The notes under the pieces: model-generated
Told to the model about the DNA's origin: nothing
Seen by the model: only the letters and a program-made list of their open reading frames with translations
The model's database searches: none
Translations under genes and position numbers: made by a program
Assembly: GCA_034530875.2 (NCBI GenBank)
Contig: JAVRCJ020000019.1
Location: 32,001-96,000, forward strand
Reading direction: 5' to 3'
DNA from: Nostoc sp. DedSLP01
Lineage (GTDB): Bacteria > Cyanobacteriota > Cyanobacteriia > Cyanobacteriales > Nostocaceae
Length of the DNA stretch: 64,000 nucleotides
Shown: positions 58,449 to 64,000 of the stretch, one piece after another
How the letters are laid out: every line of letters begins with the position of its first letter
Numbering within the stretch: position 1 is the first letter of the stretch

Positions 58449-59851
58449 CGCTTCAAAATCTCTTTGCGTCGAATAGATACACTTGCTTTTACTAATTCTG
58501 GCTCATCTTGTCCAATGATATCAGCAATTTCCTGAGATAATTGCCTAGCACCATCAAGATTTCCCTCATCAATGAGCCTAAATAACTCATGTAGACGATC
58601 TTTAATTTCTTGTGGACGTGCTGGCACACCCATGAGGTCTTCTAAGATGCGATTGCTATCTCTTCCAAAGGAACTTTCTGGTTTTTTAGCAATAACACCT
58701 TCGTCTGTTTTTTCTAGAATATAAATTCCTTCTGGCTTGACTTGGCTAATTACTTGAGGCGAATGGGTAGTAACAATAAATTGGCAATTGGGAAATGTTC
58801 TTGTCAAAGCTGGAATAATTTCCCGTTGCCATTTTGGATGTAAGTGTAGTTCAATTTCATCAATTAAAACAACACCACTACCTTGTAGTGGATCTGGTAA
58901 ACTAGGGTTGGCGATCGCTAATCGTCTTGCTAAATCTCCCACCATTGCCAACAAGCATTTCTCACCATCAGATAGCTGATTAACGATAAGTTCCTCACCT
59001 TGTTTTCTGACAGTCATTCGCAGAGGTGAACGCTCAACCCGTAAGTTTGAAAATTCCGGTATTAATGAAGAGATAGCTTGTCTTACTGCTTCTAATTGTT
59101 TGTCTCGATAATCGGGGTTATCTCTTCGTCTCTCATTCTCTAAATCTTCTCGATTTCTGAACCATTCAAAAAAGCTTTTGAAGTCGATTCTTCCTCCTGT
59201 GAGTGCTTGTTCATAAGCATCTACTTGTTTAAATGAATATGCGTCTGAAATTTCTAGAGGCATATCAATAACAGCACGATTGACGGGGTAATAGACTGCT
59301 AAAGGAATATTAGCATCAAGAATAGCTACTAACTGATTGTTTAAGTTTTCAATAGCTGTTTTCAGATCTCCTCTTAATTCACTACGTATTATAGTTGCTA
59401 ACTCTGTACGCATCTTCTCATTTTGGATTAGAAGAGTCTCAACATCTTTATCATTTTTGAACTTATTTTTGATATTTATTATTTGTTTTTCTAAATCGGA
59501 AATATTTTTAATAGTATCTTGTAAATAAATATATTTACCATCATTAGTTTTTGTACCTTTATCTTCAGCCATTGACCAAGTTAATTTTTGTAATTCTATA
59601 AACACAGTAATTTTATTATGTGTTCTGTCACGTTCGTTTGTAACATCTTGTTTAATAAAGAAACGTAAAGACTCAAGTGAGTCTTGAATCTGTGCAGTAA
59701 GCTGTGTTAGAAGAATAGCAAGACAATCAAGAATACTGGATTTTCCTACACCGTTGATACCAATAAATACCGTTGGAATGGTTTCATCAAACTCCAGCGT
59801 TAAATCACCAATTCCACGGTATGATTCCATTTCCAATCGCTTGACTTTCAT
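58445..59851 (-). CDS. ptuA: ABC-type AAA ATPase, PtuA-like
   Basis: Walker A GINGVGKS, YYPVNR, F..FF.WFR..ED.EN, QLSDGEK, VLIDEIELHLHP.WQ, QFIVTTHSP and G.DSN.IL...M. Confidence 0.85.
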   Translation of the reverse strand: MKVKRLEMESYRGIGDLTLEFDETIPTVFIGINGVGKSSILDCLAILLTQLTAQIQDSLESLRFFIKQDVTNERDRTHNKITVFIELQKLTWSMAEDKGTKTNDGKYIYLQDTIKNISDLEKQIINIKNKFKNDKDVETLLIQNEKMRTELATIIRSELRGDLKTAIENLNNQLVAILDANIPLAVYYPVNRAVIDMPLEISDAYSFKQVDAYEQALTGGRIDFKSFFEWFRNREDLENERRRDNPDYRDKQLEAVRQAISSLIPEFSNLRVERSPLRMTVRKQGEELIVNQLSDGEKCLLAMVGDLARRLAIANPSLPDPLQGSGVVLIDEIELHLHPKWQREIIPALTRTFPNCQFIVTTHSPQVISQVKPEGIYILEKTDEGVIAKKPESSFGRDSNRILEDLMGVPARPQEIKDRLHELFRLIDEGNLDGARQLSQEIADIIGQDEPELVKASVSIRRKEILKR

Positions 59852-59998
59852 AGTTTTAATAATGCTGAATGTAATTTATTTGATGGTAAATGCCTATTCT
59901 ACAGCTACTCCTTCCCCACACGAAGAATATCTAAATTTTTTTAACGAACCGTCAAGGACATAAAGGGCAGAAAGTAAGAAATTGGCAATCAAAAACAG

Positions 59999-60532
59999 CT
60001 AATCAAAATCAGATTTGACATAATCAACTGTCAAAGGTGTGATTTTTTGGACAATCTTATCGATCGCCACTCGTTCATATTCAGTCCAAACTCTAGGATG
60101 ACCAAAAACGCTGGGCTGTAAAACACCCCACAGTTGACTATCTTGTTGAATATGGGCATGAATTAAGGCACGATGCCCAAAATTTTCCCGTTCAAACTTA
60201 CGATTTAAAACTTCGGAATCAGCTGTTTCCACATCTTCTACAAAGATTGAAGGTTTGCCACGCAGTGCAGCGACAAACATCGGGTCTTCATCGGAAAAAG
60301 ATAAAGGTTGCGGTTCCCAATTTTCATTGTAAATTGTTGGTATATCTGGCGTGCGAACCCAACAAAAAGCAACTTTACCAAGATTCCTCTGCGGATTGTG
60401 CAAATATAGAAAACATCGATCGCACTGCAAAAATTCACCCACAACTGGTAAAAGTTCAGAAAATAGAACATCAGGTGTTGGAGATGATTCTATAATATTG
60501 ACCATCGCAGCAGGAATATCTGGCTGATTCAT
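59999..60532 (-). CDS. Stand-alone GAF domain protein
   Basis: L.CDRCFLY, P..FVEDV, ALIHAHI...LWG.L and PR.W...E. Confidence 0.82.
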   Translation of the reverse strand: MNQPDIPAAMVNIIESSPTPDVLFSELLPVVGEFLQCDRCFLYLHNPQRNLGKVAFCWVRTPDIPTIYNENWEPQPLSFSDEDPMFVAALRGKPSIFVEDVETADSEVLNRKFERENFGHRALIHAHIQQDSQLWGVLQPSVFGHPRVWTEYERVAIDKIVQKITPLTVDYVKSDFD

Positions 60533-60539
60533 TGTATAA

Positions 60540-61457
60540 CTAAGTTGATTTCAATTGAATAATACCTTTATCAAAGATGCGATTATCGGTAGCGAGCGCA
60601 CTGACTTCTATTCTATCGGGATACACTTCATACGCGGCAAAACTCAACCTTTCGGCAGAATATTCTGTCCACTCCGAACGCCCTACAGGACGAGTACCCG
60701 CACCACCACCAGTAATTAAATAAGTAGTTCCATTAATTGCACGGGTGCGTTCGTAATGATGTTCGTGACCATTTATATAAACTTGAACGCTGTATTTTTG
60801 AAACAGTGGAGTAAAAATTTTAATAAATTCTGGATTAATTCCATAAACACCAGATGCATAAATTGGATGATGACCAAATACAATTTTCCAAGCAGCATTG
60901 CTGCGACTTAATTCTTTTTCTAACCAAGTTAACTGGTTTTTCCAATCAGCATTACTATTAGTATCTAAAGCAAAAAATTGTACAGTTCCACGACGAAATG
61001 TATAATAACGTCTCCCATTCATATTAAAATCGGCATACTTCACTTGTGCTTCGCCATTTCCGGTACGAATATCGTGATTGCCTAAACAAGCTTGAAATTT
61101 TACACCTTGCCTGAGCAAAGCTTGATAGGGACGCTCAAAAACTGCATTAATTTTCTCGATTTCGCCGTTGTTGTAAATATTATCTCCAGCTAAAACAACT
61201 AGATCGTAAGGATTTTGTTTGTGATAAAAATTCATTGCCGCCGCCACAGCATACTGTCCTTTTGCTCCGGTTCCTGTATCGGCAACAGACACAAAACGTA
61301 ATAACAAGTCCTTTTTCGGTGGGTTGGCGGCTATGGCTGTTGAATCGTTAACATCGGCACTTTGATAATTTTGATGGCTTAACATCCAACCCAAAAATCC
61401 CGTACCGATCGCGCCCAGGCTACTTAAAAATAAAAATTGACGGCGTTTCAAGTTCAT
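60540..61457 (-). CDS. Tat-exported metallophosphoesterase (purple acid phosphatase-like)
   Basis: KRRQFL Tat motif; D.G, GDN.Y, GNHD, GHHP and GHEH. Confidence 0.9.
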   Translation of the reverse strand: MNLKRRQFLFLSSLGAIGTGFLGWMLSHQNYQSADVNDSTAIAANPPKKDLLLRFVSVADTGTGAKGQYAVAAAMNFYHKQNPYDLVVLAGDNIYNNGEIEKINAVFERPYQALLRQGVKFQACLGNHDIRTGNGEAQVKYADFNMNGRRYYTFRRGTVQFFALDTNSNADWKNQLTWLEKELSRSNAAWKIVFGHHPIYASGVYGINPEFIKIFTPLFQKYSVQVYINGHEHHYERTRAINGTTYLITGGGAGTRPVGRSEWTEYSAERLSFAAYEVYPDRIEVSALATDNRIFDKGIIQLKST

Positions 61458-61548
61458 AATTCACCAAATTTAATAAATAGTCAGTTTCCGCAGAAGTAAT
61501 GTGCAATGAAGTGATACATTAAGGCAAAAGAGGCAGCACCAATAATAA

Positions 61549-61626
61549 TAGACTTCTTGCAGAAGTGGGGAAAAGATTAAGAAAAAACCCTTTCCCTCTT
61601 GCAAAACTATTTTTCCAAGAGGTCTA
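61549..61626. mobile_element. MITE-like element
   Basis: Ends TAGACTTCTTGCAGAA and TTTTCCAAGAGGTCTA. Confidence 0.55.
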
Positions 61627-61671
61627 ATGTATGTTGTTTGTCTTTGATTCGCTGCTTTTGGTGAAAGTTCC

Positions 61672-62592
61672 ATGTCACAAGACAATCCAAAACCTACTGA
61701 CGAACAGGTAACTCAACCTCCCCAAAAACCTAACCAGAGAGTTCAGCCAATTTGGAAGGCTACAACTATCCAACTTCTTAGAGGGACAATTGGGGTTTTA
61801 GAAGCAACAGTCCAAAAACTAGAGACAGCACCCCCACCTGGTACTGAACAAGCCCCCGGTTTTTTGCAGCAGCTTCAGTCACGTTGGGCTGGACTATTAA
61901 GAACAGTCCGCTTATTTTTGCCGTCAGATTTATCAACAAAGGTATCGGATACAGCTTTGACAGGAATTCTTGCGGGAATTGCTGTAATTCTTGTTTGGAC
62001 AACTACGACTATTTTTACTGGTAAACCGACAGAAGTTGCAACACTTCCTCCAGTTGAAGAGGTTCCCACCCCAACACCAACGATAACTACTCCACCGGAG
62101 TCAGTCGCGCCAGAACCACAGCCACCAGAGGAAGTTACACCAGCACCAGAAGAAATTACTCCGTCGCCAGAAGCACAACAACCACCAGAGGAAATTACGC
62201 CAACACCAGAACCAGAACCAGAAGTAACTCCCACGCTAACACCTACACCAACGCCTACACCAGCTGTAGAATTGACACCCGAACAAGCCTTAATTGTGGC
62301 TATTGAAAATCAGGTAGGCGAAATTAGCGATCGCATTGCCTCTGGTCTGATAAAGTCAATTCAAGCCAACTTCCGCACCAGCAATCTCACCGTCAAAATT
62401 AGCGATGATTGGTACACTCTCCCAGAATCTCAACAGGATAGACTCGCTGCTGAAATTTTACAACGCTCTCAACAACTCGATTTTACTCATTTAGAAATTA
62501 TCGATTCCCAAAATCGCTTAGTAGCGCGTAACCCAGTTGTTGGTACTGAAATGGTAATTTTTCAACGAAAAGCAACAATCCCAACAACTTAA
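61672..62592 (+). CDS. Single-TM Pro/Glu/Thr-rich hypothetical protein
   Basis: TM helix, a PEEITP-rich linker and a conserved-looking C-terminus (LTPEQ.LI..I..Q, W..L....Q, ARNPVVG..M.I). Confidence 0.8.
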   Translation: MSQDNPKPTDEQVTQPPQKPNQRVQPIWKATTIQLLRGTIGVLEATVQKLETAPPPGTEQAPGFLQQLQSRWAGLLRTVRLFLPSDLSTKVSDTALTGILAGIAVILVWTTTTIFTGKPTEVATLPPVEEVPTPTPTITTPPESVAPEPQPPEEVTPAPEEITPSPEAQQPPEEITPTPEPEPEVTPTLTPTPTPTPAVELTPEQALIVAIENQVGEISDRIASGLIKSIQANFRTSNLTVKISDDWYTLPESQQDRLAAEILQRSQQLDFTHLEIIDSQNRLVARNPVVGTEMVIFQRKATIPTT

Positions 62593-62868
62593 AAATAGAC
62601 CTTGCATATTTTTTTGAGAATTAGGGTTTTTAGATTTGAATACCTAATTATTATCTCTTGTTTGCGTCACGCCATAAAAATCGGAGTAGTGAAAAAATAA
62701 AAGAAATAATATACTTTTTTGATTAAGTGTAAAATCTGTGTTTAGAGCATTTCTATGTTGGTAATCAAATTAATGATAAACTGTTGCATTATTTACTAAA
62801 TAGCTGTATTTTAAATAATGGCTTTTTTCTAAACCTTTAGGAAAAAATAATTCAGCAAATCGCAAAAA

Positions 62869-62896
62869 CGCTCAATTGATAAATATCAATCGAGCG
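62869..62896. other. Stem-loop upstream of the ATP-grasp gene
   Basis: CGCTCAATTGAT-aaat-ATCAATCGAGCG. Confidence 0.4.
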
Positions 62897-62953
62897 AAGG
62901 TTCTCTTATGAATTCTATAAACGCCTAATTTAGAAGTTCAACTTAGAGTATTT

Positions 62954-63784
62954 ATGTTAGACAACGTTTGTTTATTGCTCGAAGCTTGTGAAAACCTAAA
63001 CATCAACTATGAAATTCTTTATCCTGCTGAAAATTTAATTAAAGTAAAATTCAACGATAAACATCACTATTTTTGTAATTATAGCACTCCGTTAATCAAT
63101 CAAGCAGTAGCAAAGATTATCAAAGATAAGGAATATACTTATCATATTTTAAATAAAAAAATTAAGCTTCCTCGAACAATGGGTTTTCTTTCACCTTTTT
63201 GTGACATAAAATATAAGATATATTTAAAATTTCCAACTATTGAAGATATTGTATTAGAGATTAAAGAAAAATTTCAAACACCTGTGATTGTCAAAAGGAA
63301 TTCTGGGTCTAGCGGACACAACGTCTTTTTATGCCACAATCAAGATGAAATTGAAAATGCTGTAAAACAGATTTTTCATTTGGATCAGAAGTATGATTAT
63401 GTAGCTCTTGCTCAAGAAGTAATTCCCATCAAATCTGAATATAGAGCAGTGTTCTTAAATAAAAAGTTAGTTTTGCTCTATGAAAAAGATATAAGTAATG
63501 CCAATTTTACAGGTAACTTAAGTCCTCTCCACTGGGATGGCGCAAAAGCCAAATATATAAGCGATCCACAAATATTGTCAGAAATTGAGAATTTTGCCAG
63601 ACCAATTTTTGAAGAAATAGACCTTGATTATGGTGGCTTAGATATCGTATTAGATAAAGATAACCAATACTGGTTAATTGAAATTAATTCTCACCCTAAT
63701 TTTACTATTTTCACCAGAGACAATGGCAAAGAACATGTGTTAAAAGTTTTTGAAAAAATGCTAACTAGTTTAGCTGCAAAATAA
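62954..63784 (+). CDS. RimK-like ATP-grasp ligase
   Basis: DK..TY..L, P.IVK.N.GS.G..V, AQE.I, EYR, GLD and LIEINS.P. Confidence 0.85.
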   Translation: MLDNVCLLLEACENLNINYEILYPAENLIKVKFNDKHHYFCNYSTPLINQAVAKIIKDKEYTYHILNKKIKLPRTMGFLSPFCDIKYKIYLKFPTIEDIVLEIKEKFQTPVIVKRNSGSSGHNVFLCHNQDEIENAVKQIFHLDQKYDYVALAQEVIPIKSEYRAVFLNKKLVLLYEKDISNANFTGNLSPLHWDGAKAKYISDPQILSEIENFARPIFEEIDLDYGGLDIVLDKDNQYWLIEINSHPNFTIFTRDNGKEHVLKVFEKMLTSLAAK

Positions 63785-63787
63785 TTT

Positions 63788-63915
63788 AGGGCATAGGGCA
63801 TGGGGCATGGGGCATGGGGCATGGGGCAGAGGAGCAGGGGAGGCAGGGGGAGAAATTAGAGTAAGTCTTTCCCCTTGTCCTCTTCCGATGCCCGATGCCC
63901 TATGCCCTATGCCCA
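63788..63915. repeat. STRR (GGGCATG/GGGCATA) inverted tract between convergent genes
   Basis: Tandem heptamers with the reverse-complement tract (TGCCCTA/TGCCCGA) downstream. Confidence 0.8.
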
Positions 63916-63916
63916 C

Positions 63917-64000
63917 TTAACAATCAACATTAGGCACTTTGATTGTCTGAGTCGGTATCCACACAGTAAAAATTGAGCCAATGCTCACCGTTGATTCTAC
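63917..64000 (-). CDS. 3' end of a histidine kinase (HATPase C-terminus), partial
   Basis: The minus strand reads VESTVSIGSIFTVWIPTQTIKVPNVDC*, the typical last strand of HATPase_c. Confidence 0.7.
   Translation of the reverse strand, partial: VESTVSIGSIFTVWIPTQTIKVPNVDC

Noticed and set aside
59852..59998. Retron ncRNA/RT for the PtuAB pair
   Set aside because: No RT ORF in the window and no convincing a1/a2 inverted repeats in the short upstream gap.
61875..62234. Gly/Ser/Val-rich minus-strand ORF
   Set aside because: It is the antisense mirror of the Pro/Thr-rich linker of 61672-62592.
62954..63784. Microviridin/graspetide RiPP cluster
   Set aside because: A single short ATP-grasp gene with no precursor peptide or transporter beside it.
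1..64000. tRNA, rRNA, transposase or prophage genes
   Set aside because: None recognised in the sequence or the ORF track.

Overview
A 64-kb chromosomal window from a filamentous heterocystous cyanobacterium (Nostoc/Anabaena-like). Evidence: frequent HIP1 GCGATCGC sites, heptamer STRR tracts, many small TIR-flanked MITE-like elements, xisH/xisI and cyaB2. In order, it holds: cyaB2; a collapsed Ser/Thr-GAF-His kinase remnant; a GHL10 glycoside hydrolase; two lipoprotein sugar-binding proteins next to a Cache hybrid kinase with no permease; a sigma-like gene facing two AAA_35 NTPases; xisHI; a type I secretion cluster (PPIase, HlyB-like ABC, HlyD) with two small PPC-like candidate cargo genes that share a C-terminus and a 3' hairpin; holB; a 4-GAF cyanobacteriochrome kinase; a sulfur/cysteine cluster (NIL, CysR-like Crp, cysE, Rrf2, cysK, two CadD-family proteins, TauE); a TetR detox operon; dsbA; pcrA; MATE; a Septu-like PtuA/PtuB defence pair without retron RT; and several housekeeping genes. 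The strongest candidate for an undescribed system is a CysK-centred regulatory hub in which four local proteins, including a Crp-family regulator, end in CysK-docking-like C-terminal Ile tails. The T1SS/PPC module and the two-SBP sensor module come next. All family calls are from motif recognition by eye; no searches were run.
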